Of a DNA stretch of 55,848 nucleotides, positions 35,301 through 44,815 are shown piece after piece. The stretch covers positions 1 through 55,848 of the IMG/VR virus record IMGVR_UViG_3300025102_000033. The stretch is one strand, 5' to 3'. Within the stretch, counting starts at the first letter, position 1, and each line of letters begins with the position of its first letter. The notes below the pieces were generated by a model. That model searched no databases. It was not told the origin of the DNA and was given only the letters and a program-made list of their open reading frames with translations. The stretch is from a virus. Lineage: Duplodnaviria; Caudoviricetes. Position numbers and translations under genes: made by a program.

Positions 35301-36884
35301 GTTGTAACTTCAACTGTTTCTAGTTCAACTGGAAGAGACGCCAGAATTACAATTACTGGAATCTCAACAGATGTTGATACACTTTATGTTTCCAATATTC
35401 AAGGTGAGTTTGGTTCTAATGGTTCTGGAAAAGCATTTGCGGTGGGTGCAGGAATAAGTTACTTTGCTGATGATGGGACGTTAACATCAATAGCAACTAA
35501 TGATATAAGAACTGCCACTGGAACAGGTGGAGTGTATTCAGGAAACTACCTGAGAGTTGATCACTTTAATCATGGAATGTATTCTAACACAAATAAAGTG
35601 ATATTGAGTGACGTTCAATCCAATATTGAACCAACAACTTTATCTGCAGCATTATCAGTTAGTGAGGTCAGTAGTGTTAGTGTAGCAAATACAAGCAACT
35701 TCACCACATTTGAAGGTGTATCAGTAAGTGCAACAAATCCAGGTTACATTAAAATAAATAATGAAATTATCGCTTATGATGGCATTGGTTCTGGATCACT
35801 TTCAATTGCCAGCAATGGAAGAGCAACAGATTCTTCCGTTATAGAATTGCATGATATTAATAGTATTGTTTATAAGTATGAACTTAGTGGAATCTCTTTG
35901 AGAAGAATAAATAAGACTCACACTATTGCAGAACCAATAGGAATTGATGATTACTACATTATTGTTGATCGATCTGCGAATGGAGTTGATAGAAGTGTCG
36001 ATGGCACTCCTTCAGGAATGCCTCAACTCAATTTCTCCAGTGAGGCATCTACGGGTAGTAACAATTGTAGAGCAACAGAAAATATTATGTTTGACTCTAT
36101 AATTCCAACTTATAATATTATTACTCCAGGATCTTCTACTTCTATTAATGGCACGATAAGAACTATTAGTGGAACCAGTGTTGATGGAACTGAAGCTTCA
36201 TTTAACGATGAAGGATTTGAACCTGTTGGGATAAATGTATTAAATACTTTGAATTCTCCAAGAATAGTTTGTTCCAAAGTAAATGAGGATCAGTTCTTAT
36301 CAAATCTTCCAAGAGGCAAATCTTTCACCACAGGAATAACTTTAAATTCTGGTGATTCTAATTTATCCCCACAAATAAATCTAGACACTGCATTTACAGA
36401 ATTTAGATCTAGTCGTTTTAATAAACCAATTACTGATTATGCCTCTGATGGTAGAGTTAAATCAATTTTCAATGACCCACACTCTGCTGTATATGTTTCA
36501 AATACTATATTCTTAGCAAATCCTGCTACATCACTCAAAGTAATTTTGAGTGCATATAGAGATCAATCTGCTGATTTTAGAGTTCTTTATAATTTAATAA
36601 GGTCAGATTCTGGACAAGTTGATCAAACATTTGAATTATTCCCTGGATATGATAATGTAACTTATACCGATGATGATGGATTTAGTGTTGTAGATGCATC
36701 TAAAAATAGTGGGTTGCCAGATAAATTTGTTCCAGCAAGTTTAGATAATGAATTTTTAGAGTATGAATTTACTGCAAATGAATTGCCGTTATTTACGGGA
36801 TATACAATTAAAATTGTAATGTCTGGCACCAATCAGGCATATCCCCCAAGAATTAGCGAACTGAGGACTATAGCAGTAAGATGA
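29382..36884 (+). CDS. VrlC/DUF4815-like large virion structural protein (2500 aa)
   Basis: NLNINPYYDD...VLFKPGFPVQARELT, APGADR, RTYDESGDY, RFKSGFFVDDF, DPLAQTF, GSLFKSQN. Confidence 0.85.
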   Translation: MSQKTNLNINPYYDDYNSEKNFYKVLFKPGFPVQARELTTLQSLLQGQVESFGSHIFKEGSVVVPGNISYDSQFYSVKLNATNSGIDVALYIENFVNKKIVGSASGTTAKIQRVEFADDNNFEFLTIYVKYLDSDNDFEFTPFEDGESLSCVDNVTYGNTTIPAGAEFASLIASDATAIGSAASIGKGIYFIRGYFVNVSKQTILLDNYTNTPSYRVGLKIDELIVGSKDDESLFDNAKGFTNFAAPGADRFKINLTLTKKLISDTNDTDFVELLRLKNGKIQKITTKTQYNQIRDYMAERTYDESGDYAVEPFDPSVHNSLNNRLGNNGLFFSNELTEERNVPSEDLMCFKISPGKAYVRGYDVEKVSTTIIDVEKPRDTQKESNVTIPFEMGNLLRVNNVTGVPQNKATIQLLNRKKGDTESVIGDARVYTFNLTDAAYSGAATKYDLRLYDVQTYTKITLNQSVDATDMPDGSYIKGKSSGASGYLVDAGGGSAVINLRQTSGSFAKGEQITVNGVDFSRTIVNFVEYGTQNIKSVRQAAGGGFPQFTADSVLEKFRMPNGIDQISIPLLGNLGTSGVATVTATGKVFSGIRTDTIISYQRPGFSTETFNRVSSVAADGLSIELSPINVGAAVTNVYDGKLATGSGNLLVTPFPRGPIIDAENGYLFAQLPDINISSVDLLNSTFTVVEQITEGETSGAGELTFNLSSISGITSASFATFDQERYGVHYSTGIAGTITDDAFDLTNNIVTIRGLRPSQNNVVINTTLTKFGVQSKIKKYNRSQTLNITRSKYSDSGVGINTSNNDGLNFNTQYGLRVQDEEISLNYPDVAKVIVIYESLGTGNPTLDRFQFTSTASVQTNAIIGENVVGNSSNAIARVVSSPSANNLELVYLTNDVFSVGETVTFQESNIVTEIESITLGSYKDVTELFKLDKGQKDEYYDYSRIVRNKNVSEPTRRLLVVFDYYSVPSDDNGDAFTVLSYDEERFAQDIPNIGRYKIRASDTLDFRPRVSVFDPTTATVSPFDFSSRSFDSVPKLLMAPGEGSILGYEYYLPRIDKLYLDKYGNFIVEKGISAKYPKAPTKNDALLEIATINLPPFLYTPQNASITLIDNRRFTMRDIGNIEDRVENLERVTSLSLLELNTQTLQIRDADGRNRFKSGFFVDDFKNYSLIDRPLSSIQINPTAEELIPIISRNSLKSQIALTENIIPQSLDFTDNADLLDPNIQKTGDSITLAYDEIDWIEQPIATTTENVNPFNVVVYTGNIELNPAVDTWVRTIQLPDRSIRTSTNRSRTLTQNLTSSINLNLGTAQIQGQTTNVRVGRQDGGVLTRTSTRTTTRNRNLSASSSSFDSSTTVDTISFDDISIRNEHISSSDETFMRSRNTEFLISNLKPSTRFYQFLDGNSSVDFIPKLIEISNSQSLANYGTANGSFQVGETVVGTLGSASINFRVATPNHKFGIFNDPSSIYNVNPYIISESIPSSYSQSSKVLNVDTTSLSEEAQGLYSGYLVKGMKLVGQTSGAIAYVKDLRLISDNYGDLNGSFFIRNPNASPVPPVRLQTGTKTFKITSSATNDPGLPGSNTVSFAEANYSSTGSLEQWQNEVTTRTDNLTTTSTINLRTQAAASLTISQVDTEVREEYGDPLAQTFVVGGNVEAPSDIDTSDDINGAFLTAVDLFFAKIDEGNAPVKVQIRTTELGFPTRTILGKTVTIRPTTVDSNGNIIKNIEVSDTGDVATKITFPEPIFLPPGKEYAVVILAETSDEYEVWTATMGETSVASDNLPPNSNAQSAVYSRQFALGSLFKSQNGSIWTPNQYQDLKFKLYKAEFTSNTGTAFFYNPVLDKSNDYVSKLSIDPLRTLPKTGTIGITTISGSSANIGILTTGRKLAGANNTNGSAIIVGRGSSITTLSATEGGTGYVVDSSVETFNVVGSGSGLKLNISSINANTGAITGIAAASAAEDRGNGYKVGDVVGVVTSTVSSSTGRDARITITGISTDVDTLYVSNIQGEFGSNGSGKAFAVGAGISYFADDGTLTSIATNDIRTATGTGGVYSGNYLRVDHFNHGMYSNTNKVILSDVQSNIEPTTLSAALSVSEVSSVSVANTSNFTTFEGVSVSATNPGYIKINNEIIAYDGIGSGSLSIASNGRATDSSVIELHDINSIVYKYELSGISLRRINKTHTIAEPIGIDDYYIIVDRSANGVDRSVDGTPSGMPQLNFSSEASTGSNNCRATENIMFDSIIPTYNIITPGSSTSINGTIRTISGTSVDGTEASFNDEGFEPVGINVLNTLNSPRIVCSKVNEDQFLSNLPRGKSFTTGITLNSGDSNLSPQINLDTAFTEFRSSRFNKPITDYASDGRVKSIFNDPHSAVYVSNTIFLANPATSLKVILSAYRDQSADFRVLYNLIRSDSGQVDQTFELFPGYDNVTYTDDDGFSVVDASKNSGLPDKFVPASLDNEFLEYEFTANELPLFTGYTIKIVMSGTNQAYPPRISELRTIAVR

Positions 36885-37093
36885 TTAAAGTCAAAGGATA
36901 TCAAAATTTATATCGTGATGAAAACAGTGGTGCCATAATTAACACAGATTCTATGGCATATAATCAATATGTAAATTCACTAGAACAGAGAGATCTTCAA
37001 AAAAAGGAGATCTCTGATATAAAAAATGACATTGATGAGATAAAATCTCTACTCAGAAATTTATTGATGAATTCTGAGAATATAAATATCTAA
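36881..37093 (+). CDS. Small coiled-coil virion-associated protein
   Basis: KVKG..NLYRD..SGAIIN...EIKSLL; coupled to the VrlC-like gene. Confidence 0.8.
   Translation: MIKVKGYQNLYRDENSGAIINTDSMAYNQYVNSLEQRDLQKKEISDIKNDIDEIKSLLRNLLMNSENINI
37081..37088 (+). promoter_or_regulatory. T4-type late promoter
   Basis: TATAAATA upstream of ORF 37120. Confidence 0.7.
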
Positions 37094-37119
37094 AGATAAG
37101 ACAGCATAATTTTTGAATA

Positions 37120-37455
37120 ATGGCAGTATTTGTATCCAACATAACAATTGAGCAAGGGTTCGACTTTGATACGTCTTTTCAATTGGAAGATACTAGAACA
37201 AACACTCCATTGGTTTTGACCGGTGCTGAAACGGAAGGCATGTTGAGAAAAAGTTATACAAGTGCAAATGCCGTCTCCTTTGCTTCTACTGTAACTGATG
37301 ATGTGCAAGGTATTATTTCAATATCTTTGACATCTACTCAAACAGCAACACTGAAACCTGGAAGATACGTATATGATGTAAAACTGACCAGTGCCGGAAA
37401 AGAATTCAAAGCAGTTGAAGGATCAGCATTAGTACGAGCCGGAGTAACTAGGTAA
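37120..37455 (+). CDS. Virion structural protein (BppU/Ig-like fibre attachment module)
   Basis: NITIEQG.DF...ISISLT..QT..LKPGRYVYDV...VEG.ALV..GVT. Confidence 0.8.
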   Translation: MAVFVSNITIEQGFDFDTSFQLEDTRTNTPLVLTGAETEGMLRKSYTSANAVSFASTVTDDVQGIISISLTSTQTATLKPGRYVYDVKLTSAGKEFKAVEGSALVRAGVTR

Positions 37456-39602
37456 TGCCAAGCATAAACGATAGAATTGGTTCTCAAAACGTAATTCGCG
37501 TTTTATCCAATGCCTCCGCCCCACCATCAAGACTACTTAATCTAACTGATGTTGAATCAACATCTCAGATAGATGGCAATCTTTTAATTTGGGATACTAG
37601 CACTAGCAAATTCGTCATGGGTCGCGACCTTGACGGGACAGAAGGATATGTATTTACTGGTGGAACAGGTCAGGTAGGAATAGTAACATTTTCCGGAACT
37701 ACTCAGTCGGAATCAACCACAACTGGTGCGGTAATCATCAGTGGTGGTTTAGCAGTAGGAAAAAATGCAAATTTTGCTGATGGATTAAATGTTGTTGGTA
37801 TTGCAACATTTTCAAATGAAATTGACATTAATGCTGCTGTTGATATTTTAAGAGGATTAAATGTTGCAGGTGTTACTAGTGTAGCATCTCTGAATATTGG
37901 TGCAACACAAGTAATTAGCAGTGGTAGAGAACTTCAAAATATTGCTTCTTTAGACGCCACCACCACGGCAACTATTGAAGCTGCAATTGAAGTCGCACCA
38001 AATACATTCACTGATTTAAAAATTAGTGGAGTATCAACTTTTATTGGTATTGCAACCTATGCTGCAGGAATTCAGGTTGTCTCTGGAGTATCCACTTTTG
38101 ATGTTGCAGTAGATATTAATGCTGGATTAGATGTTGACGGTCAGACAGATTTAGATGAAGTAGTAATTGCTGGTGTCACTACATTCAATAATGCTGATGT
38201 AGTTTTCCAGGGTGCTGCTGCTGGTCAGAATATAACATTTGATGCTTCTGAAAATGATTTAGAGTTTACTGATAATGCTAGAATAAAATTTGGTAATAAT
38301 GATGATCTTGAGATATGGCATGATGGCACCAACAGTAATATAAAAAATTCTACGGGTGATTTTCATATTCGTAGTGATTCACTCGCACTCAAAACAGCAG
38401 ATAATAGTGAGAGATATCTTAAAGCTGTTAAGAATGAAGATGTAAAATTATATTATAATGGCAATGAGAAATTTGCCACCACTGCTGAAGGTGTCGATAT
38501 CACTGGACGCACAGAGACCGATCTCTTAAATGTTTCTGGTGTATCAACATTTGCTGGTCTTATTGATGCCAATGCTCGTCTTGACGTAGTTGGTGGTGCC
38601 AATTTAGATCAACTAAATGTATCTGGCATTGCTACACTTGGTGCGGTTGACATTAATGGAATAATAGACATTGATGGTCAGTTAGATATAGATGAGTTAG
38701 TTGTTGCCGGTGTTGCAACCTTTAGTTCTTTAATAGATGCTAATAATAGATTAGATGTAGTTGGTGGTGCTAATTTAGATCAACTGAATGTATCTGGTGT
38801 TTCTACATTTACTGGTGACGCAGACTTCAATGGGCACGTTGATATTGATGGGCACACTGAACTTGATAACGTTAATATTTCTGGTGTTACTACATTCCAA
38901 AGTAATGCTTTCTTTGGTGATGGTGATATATTACGCTTTGGTGCTGGTGAGGACTTAGAGATTTATCATAGTGGTTCCTCGTCCAATATTAGAGAGAATG
39001 GAACTGGCAACTTAAATGTATGGGGAGACAATATTGCCTTCTTCAATTCTGCAGGAAATGAGTTTAAAGCAACATTTACCACTAATGGTTCAGTAGGATT
39101 ATATTTTGATAATGCAAATAAATTTGAAACGACTGGTTATGGTGCTACTGTTTTTGGAACTTTACAATCACAACAGTTAAATGTAACTGGTGTTTCTACA
39201 TTCACGGGTGATATTGATGCCAACGGTAATTTGGATGTAGATGGTCAAACTGATTTAGATGAACTAATTGTTGCCGGTGTTTCTACTTTTAGTGCTGCTG
39301 TTGATATTAATAGCACATTAGATGTTGATGGTGATACTCAAGTAGATGACCTTAATGTTGCCGGTGTTGCAACATTTAGTTCACTCATAGATGCCAACAA
39401 CAGATTAGATGTTGTTGGTGGTGCTAATCTAGATCAACTAAATGTTGCCGGAGTATCAACTTTTGGAGGTGTTTCCACTTTCAATGATGATGTAAGAATC
39501 ACTGCTGGTGGATTAGATGTTGTTGGAGTGGCAACATTCTCTACCAATGTAAATGTTACAGGAACACTTGATGCCGGACTTATCGATGGAGGAACCTACT
39601 GA
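37455..39602 (+). CDS. Repeat-rich fibre protein (collar/neck or tail fibre)
   Basis: Many ~21-aa LNV(S/A)GV(S/A)TF...LDVxG..xLD repeats, two FGxxxDLEIxH modules, C-terminal IDGGTY; lies just before g13. Confidence 0.75.
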   Translation: MPSINDRIGSQNVIRVLSNASAPPSRLLNLTDVESTSQIDGNLLIWDTSTSKFVMGRDLDGTEGYVFTGGTGQVGIVTFSGTTQSESTTTGAVIISGGLAVGKNANFADGLNVVGIATFSNEIDINAAVDILRGLNVAGVTSVASLNIGATQVISSGRELQNIASLDATTTATIEAAIEVAPNTFTDLKISGVSTFIGIATYAAGIQVVSGVSTFDVAVDINAGLDVDGQTDLDEVVIAGVTTFNNADVVFQGAAAGQNITFDASENDLEFTDNARIKFGNNDDLEIWHDGTNSNIKNSTGDFHIRSDSLALKTADNSERYLKAVKNEDVKLYYNGNEKFATTAEGVDITGRTETDLLNVSGVSTFAGLIDANARLDVVGGANLDQLNVSGIATLGAVDINGIIDIDGQLDIDELVVAGVATFSSLIDANNRLDVVGGANLDQLNVSGVSTFTGDADFNGHVDIDGHTELDNVNISGVTTFQSNAFFGDGDILRFGAGEDLEIYHSGSSSNIRENGTGNLNVWGDNIAFFNSAGNEFKATFTTNGSVGLYFDNANKFETTGYGATVFGTLQSQQLNVTGVSTFTGDIDANGNLDVDGQTDLDELIVAGVSTFSAAVDINSTLDVDGDTQVDDLNVAGVATFSSLIDANNRLDVVGGANLDQLNVAGVSTFGGVSTFNDDVRITAGGLDVVGVATFSTNVNVTGTLDAGLIDGGTY

Positions 39603-40453
39603 TGGCAAAACCAGCAAGCAGACAAGAACTAGTTGATTATTCTTTGCGACAATTAGGAGCTCCAGTATTAGAGATTAATATAGATGATGATCAACTAGAT
39701 GACTTAGTTGATGATGCCCTTCAATATTTTCAGGAACGTCATTTTGATGGTGTTGAGAGAATGTATCTCAAGTATAAACTTACTGAGGATGATATTAATA
39801 GAGGAACTGCTCAAGTTGGTGGAACTAATACTGTAGGTATTGTAACAACATCTGGAATTACCACCAACGTTAGTGGTATGTCAACTGTAACTAATAACTT
39901 TTTTGAAAATTCCAATTTTATTCAAGTTCCAGATTCAGTTATTGGAATTGAAAAAGTTTTTAAATTTGACAGTAGCACATTATCAGATGGAATGTTTAAT
40001 ATAAAATATCAGTTATTTTTGAATGACGTGTATCAGTTCAATTCAATTGAACTCCTTCAATATTCTATGGTCAAAACATATTTGGAAGACATTGAATTTT
40101 TACTTAGCACTGATAAACAAATTAGATTTAATAAAAGACAAAATAGATTGTATTTGGATATTGATTGGAAATCTGAGAAAAAAGATACTTTTTTAATTAT
40201 TGATTGCTATAGAATTTTAGATCCCAATACATTTACTAACGTTTATAATGATAGTTTTTTAAAAAAATATTTAACTGCTCTCATTAAAAAACAGTGGGGA
40301 CAAAATTTGTTAAAGTTTAGAGGTGCAAAACTTCCTGGTGGATTGGAACTTAATGGAAGAGAATTGTATGATGATGCTTTAAGAGAACTGGACGATATAA
40401 AACAAAGAATGTCTTCTGAATATGAACTTCCACCTCTTGATTTCATCGGATAA
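39602..40453 (+). CDS. g13: Neck protein gp13
   Basis: SRQELVDYSLRQLGAPVLEINI...KKQWGQNL.KF...LPGG. Confidence 0.95.
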   Translation: MAKPASRQELVDYSLRQLGAPVLEINIDDDQLDDLVDDALQYFQERHFDGVERMYLKYKLTEDDINRGTAQVGGTNTVGIVTTSGITTNVSGMSTVTNNFFENSNFIQVPDSVIGIEKVFKFDSSTLSDGMFNIKYQLFLNDVYQFNSIELLQYSMVKTYLEDIEFLLSTDKQIRFNKRQNRLYLDIDWKSEKKDTFLIIDCYRILDPNTFTNVYNDSFLKKYLTALIKKQWGQNLLKFRGAKLPGGLELNGRELYDDALRELDDIKQRMSSEYELPPLDFIG

Positions 40454-40459
40454 AATATC

Positions 40460-41908
40460 ATGGTATTAAATTCTTATTTTTTGCAAGGTAGTCCAGGTGA
40501 GCAAACACTCATGCAGGACTTGGTGAATGAGCACATAAAAATTCATGGTATAGAAGTATATTATCTACCTAGAAAAATATTTAAAACGGATGATATTATT
40601 AAAGAAATTCAATCATCAAAATTTGATGATAGTTTTTTAATTGAGGCATACATCAATAATGTTGATGGATATGCACCAGACAGTGATATAATGACTAAGT
40701 TTGGTTTGAGATTGAAGAATGAAGTAAATCTTACAATATCTAGAGAACGATTTGAAGATTTCATTTCTCCATTTTTGGAGGGTATTTCTTCGGGTATTAG
40801 AGAGGGTCAAATTACTGGATTTACTTTTGGAGATTTGATTACTAGACCAAAAGAAGGTGATCTAATTTATTTCCCTTTAGGTGAAAGATTATTCGAAATT
40901 AAAAGAGTTGAGCATGAAAAACCATTTTATCAATTAGGAAAACTTTATACCTATGATTTAAGTTGCGAATTGTTTGAATATGAAAATGAATTTATTGATA
41001 CTAGTATTGCTGAAGTTGATAATCAACTAAAAGATGAAGGTTACATTACAACTATTGATCTTGTTGGAGTTGCTCAAACTGCAACTGCAACTGTTGGTGT
41101 ATCTAGTGGTCGTGTTACTGAAATATTCTTGAATAATGATGGATCTGGATTTACATCTGCACCAACGATTACTTTTTCGAATGCACCAGAAGGTGGACAT
41201 AATGCATCTGCGGTTGCAATCACAACTCAAAGAGCTAATGTTACCTCAATTTTTAGACTTGAAATGACAAATGCTGGTGCTGGATATACGCAAGCACCAA
41301 CTATTTCAATTTCTGGTGGTGGTGGATCTGGTGCAGCAGCAACATGCTCTATCTCTACCACATTTGGTGTTCAGAATATTGTTGTGGGTGCTGCAGGAAC
41401 TGGATATGCTTCTGCCCCAACAGTAACTGTTGCTGGTCCACCATCAGGAATCAATACCGCCACCCTCAATCCAATATTCGCATCCTCTATTGGTGCTGGA
41501 ATTAATACCGTAAGAATACTGAATTCTGGTATTGGTTACACATCCGGTCCAATAAGTCTTGAATTCTCTGGACCAACTTCCGGTATTGGAACTTTCTATT
41601 ATAATGAAACTGTCACCGGACAAAGTTCTGGAGTTACTGCTGTTGTTAGAGATTTTGATTCTGGTGTACGTGTATCTGCTGCAGGAACTGTAACAGTTAT
41701 TGGAGAGAGCAAACTAAGAGTATCACTCAATACAGGTAAGTTCTTTGAGGGCGAAACTATTGTTGGTGGTTCATCTACTGCTACATATATTGTGAAGACT
41801 CATGATCTTGATAGTCATGATCAACCATCAGACTCCAATGAGGAAATCGAATTGGAAGCAGATTCACTATTAGATTTTAGTGAAAGTAATCCCTTCGGAG
41901 AGTATTAA
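40460..41908 (+). CDS. g14: Neck protein gp14 with inserted beta-repeat domains
   Basis: EHIKIHGIEVYYLPR, RPKEGDLIYFP, PFYQLGK, LDFSESNPFG; central GSG(F/Y)TxAPT repeats. Confidence 0.9.
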   Translation: MVLNSYFLQGSPGEQTLMQDLVNEHIKIHGIEVYYLPRKIFKTDDIIKEIQSSKFDDSFLIEAYINNVDGYAPDSDIMTKFGLRLKNEVNLTISRERFEDFISPFLEGISSGIREGQITGFTFGDLITRPKEGDLIYFPLGERLFEIKRVEHEKPFYQLGKLYTYDLSCELFEYENEFIDTSIAEVDNQLKDEGYITTIDLVGVAQTATATVGVSSGRVTEIFLNNDGSGFTSAPTITFSNAPEGGHNASAVAITTQRANVTSIFRLEMTNAGAGYTQAPTISISGGGGSGAAATCSISTTFGVQNIVVGAAGTGYASAPTVTVAGPPSGINTATLNPIFASSIGAGINTVRILNSGIGYTSGPISLEFSGPTSGIGTFYYNETVTGQSSGVTAVVRDFDSGVRVSAAGTVTVIGESKLRVSLNTGKFFEGETIVGGSSTATYIVKTHDLDSHDQPSDSNEEIELEADSLLDFSESNPFGEY

Positions 41909-42705
41909 TGTTAGGAACTTATTATTATCACGAAATAATACGAAAGACAATTATTTCTTTCGGAACTCTGTTTAATAACATTAATATTAAGCACAAAAAA
42001 TCTGATGGAACAATTCTTGATGATATTAAAGTTGGTCTGGCATATGGACCACAACAGAAATACTTAGCAAAAATTCAAGAGCAGGCAGAGTTATCAAAAG
42101 CAGTTGCCATCACCCTGCCAAGAATGTCTTTTGAAATGACAAACATTCAGTATGATCCTACAAGAAAGTCTGGTATAACCCAAACTTTTAAAGCAAGTGA
42201 TGGAACAAATTTGAAGAAAGTTTTTATGCCTGTTCCTTATAATATTGGATTTGAGTTAAGTATTTTTAGTAAATTAAATGATGATGCCTTACAAATTATT
42301 GAACAAATACTTCCATTTTTCCAACCATCATTTAATCTGACAGTTGATTTGGTAAGTTCAATTGGAGAAAAAAGAGACATACCCATAGTTTTAGAAAATA
42401 TTTCTTTCCAAGATGATTATGAAGGATCCTTTGAAACCAGAAGGGCACTGATATACACTTTAAATTTTACTGCAAAAACTTATCTGTTTGGTCCAGTTGC
42501 AGATACTACTGATGGACTTATTAAAAAAGTCACCGTTGATCAACATTCCGGAACAAACACTCAAACTGCAAAAAGAGAAGTTAGATATACAGTTACTCCA
42601 GACCCAATCACTGCTGGACCTGAGGATAATTTTGGATTTAATGAAACAACTACATTTTTTAATGATTCTAAAGAATCAAGTCCTACAAGGCAAATAGATA
42701 TATAA
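41908..42705 (+). CDS. g15: Tail sheath stabiliser/terminator gp15
   Basis: YYYHEIIRK...FGTLFN, LPRMSFE, PVPYN, QIIEQILPFFQP. Confidence 0.95.
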   Translation: MLGTYYYHEIIRKTIISFGTLFNNINIKHKKSDGTILDDIKVGLAYGPQQKYLAKIQEQAELSKAVAITLPRMSFEMTNIQYDPTRKSGITQTFKASDGTNLKKVFMPVPYNIGFELSIFSKLNDDALQIIEQILPFFQPSFNLTVDLVSSIGEKRDIPIVLENISFQDDYEGSFETRRALIYTLNFTAKTYLFGPVADTTDGLIKKVTVDQHSGTNTQTAKREVRYTVTPDPITAGPEDNFGFNETTTFFNDSKESSPTRQIDI

Positions 42706-42709
42706 TATT

Positions 42710-43150
42710 ATGAAAAATAATTACGATGATTTAGATAAAGCACTGAATGTTGAGAGTAGCATCGTTGAAGTTGATGAGACTCCAAAGTCTCTTGATGTCA
42801 CTCCACCAAAGTCATCTTCGAAACCAGAAGATGTAAAAAAGGACTATGATTATACACGAGCAAACTTATATTCGCTAATTGAAAAAGGTCAAGAAACTTT
42901 AAATGGTATAATGGAACTTGCCAGTGAAGGCGGAAGTCCTAGAGCATATGAAGTTGCAGGACAACTTATTAAATCAGTTGCCGATACGACTGATAAATTG
43001 ATGGACCTTCAGAAAAAAGTGAAGGAAGTAGATGAAGAGTCGCCAAGTAAAACTAATAATGTCACAAATAATGCCGTATTTATTGGGTCTACTTCGGATT
43101 TATCAAAAATGTTAAAAAAAGGATTTTTAGATAATAATTCTGAAAAATAA
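42710..43150 (+). CDS. g16: Terminase small subunit gp16
   Basis: DYDYTRANL...PRAYEVAGQLIK...NNAVFIGST.DL. Confidence 0.95.
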   Translation: MKNNYDDLDKALNVESSIVEVDETPKSLDVTPPKSSSKPEDVKKDYDYTRANLYSLIEKGQETLNGIMELASEGGSPRAYEVAGQLIKSVADTTDKLMDLQKKVKEVDEESPSKTNNVTNNAVFIGSTSDLSKMLKKGFLDNNSEK

Positions 43151-43165
43151 TATAGAAATTAAATT

Positions 43166-44815
43166 ATGACTGATAGTGTATATCTTGGCAACCCCAATTT
43201 AAAAAAAGCAAATACTCCAATCGAATTCAGTGAAGAACAAATCATTGAATTTATGAGATGTAAAGAAGATCCTGTATATTTTGCAAATAACCATATAAAA
43301 ATTATCTCCTTGGATGAAGGATTAACTCAATTCCATCCATATCATTTTCAAGAAAAATTAATCAATAATTTCCATAGTAACAGATTTAATATCTGTAAAA
43401 TGCCCAGACAAACTGGCAAATCAACCACTGTTATTTCATATCTTCTTCATTATCTCATTTTTAATGATAGTGTTAATATTGGAATTCTTGCAAACAAAGC
43501 AGCAACTGCTAGAGAACTATTAGCAAGACTTGCAACAGCATATGAAAATCTTCCAAAATGGATGCAACAAGGTGTGCTGGTTTGGAACAAAGGTAATATT
43601 GAATTAGAAAATGGAAGTAAAATTTTAGCAGCATCAACGTCTGCAAGTGCAGTTCGTGGTATGTCTTTCAACGTTCTGTTCCTGGATGAATTTGCATTCG
43701 TTCCAAATCATGTTGCGGACTCATTCTTTGCATCTGTTTATCCTACTATTACTTCTGGTAAAAATACGAAAGTAATTATCGTATCCACACCACATGGTAT
43801 GAATCATTTCTACCGTATGTGGCATGATGCAGAAAGAGAAAAAAATGAGTATATTCCAACAGATGTTCACTGGTCCGAAGTTCCTGGTAGAGATGCTGCA
43901 TGGAAAGACACCACTATTGCAAATACCTCTGAACAGCAGTTCAAGGTAGAATTTGAATGCGAATTTTTAGGATCTGTCAATACACTCATCAATCCATCAA
44001 AACTAAGAAATCTTGTATATGAAGATCCGATAAAAAGAAATGCAGGTCTTGACATTTATGATAACCCAGAGAAAGATCATAACTACATCATGACCGTTGA
44101 TGTAGCAAGAGGGTTGGGAAATGATTATTCTGCCTTTATTGTTTTTGATACAACAGAGTTTCCATATAAAGTAGTTGCCAAATACAGGAACAATGAAATA
44201 AAACCCATGTTATTTCCAAATATTATTCTTGACGTTGCCAAAGCATACAATCAAGCATACTTGATGATAGAAGTTAATGATATTGGAGATCAAGTTGCAA
44301 GTATTCTTCAGTACGATTTAGAGTATCAGAATATTCTTATGGCATCGATGAGAGGAAGAAATGGTCAAATTGTTGGTCAGGGTTTTTCTGGCAAAAAAAC
44401 TCAACTTGGTGTAAGAATGACTGCTGCAGTCAAAAAGTTAGGATGTTCCAATCTCAAAACACTTTTGGAAGATGATAAATTAATCACTGTTGACTATGAA
44501 ATAATTTCAGAACTAACCACATTTTCTCAAAGGCATAACTCTTTTGAGGCAGAAGAAGGATGTAATGATGACCTTGCTATGTGCTTGGTTATTTTCTCTT
44601 GGTTAGTGCAACAAGATTATTTTAAAGAAATGACCGACCAGGATGTCAGAAAGAGATTATATGAAGATCAGAAAAATCAAATTGAACAGGACATGGCACC
44701 ATTTGGATTCATATCAGATGGGTTTGAAGATGGAGCAAGTTTTGTAGATACTAATGGTGATCGTTGGCACACTGACGAATATGGTGATAGATCATATATG
44801 TGGGATTATATGTAA
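43166..44815 (+). CDS. g17: Terminase large subunit gp17
   Basis: YLGNPNLK, Walker A PRQTGKST, Walker B LFLDEFAF, nuclease DVARG...DDL. Confidence 0.97.
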   Translation: MTDSVYLGNPNLKKANTPIEFSEEQIIEFMRCKEDPVYFANNHIKIISLDEGLTQFHPYHFQEKLINNFHSNRFNICKMPRQTGKSTTVISYLLHYLIFNDSVNIGILANKAATARELLARLATAYENLPKWMQQGVLVWNKGNIELENGSKILAASTSASAVRGMSFNVLFLDEFAFVPNHVADSFFASVYPTITSGKNTKVIIVSTPHGMNHFYRMWHDAEREKNEYIPTDVHWSEVPGRDAAWKDTTIANTSEQQFKVEFECEFLGSVNTLINPSKLRNLVYEDPIKRNAGLDIYDNPEKDHNYIMTVDVARGLGNDYSAFIVFDTTEFPYKVVAKYRNNEIKPMLFPNIILDVAKAYNQAYLMIEVNDIGDQVASILQYDLEYQNILMASMRGRNGQIVGQGFSGKKTQLGVRMTAAVKKLGCSNLKTLLEDDKLITVDYEIISELTTFSQRHNSFEAEEGCNDDLAMCLVIFSWLVQQDYFKEMTDQDVRKRLYEDQKNQIEQDMAPFGFISDGFEDGASFVDTNGDRWHTDEYGDRSYMWDYM

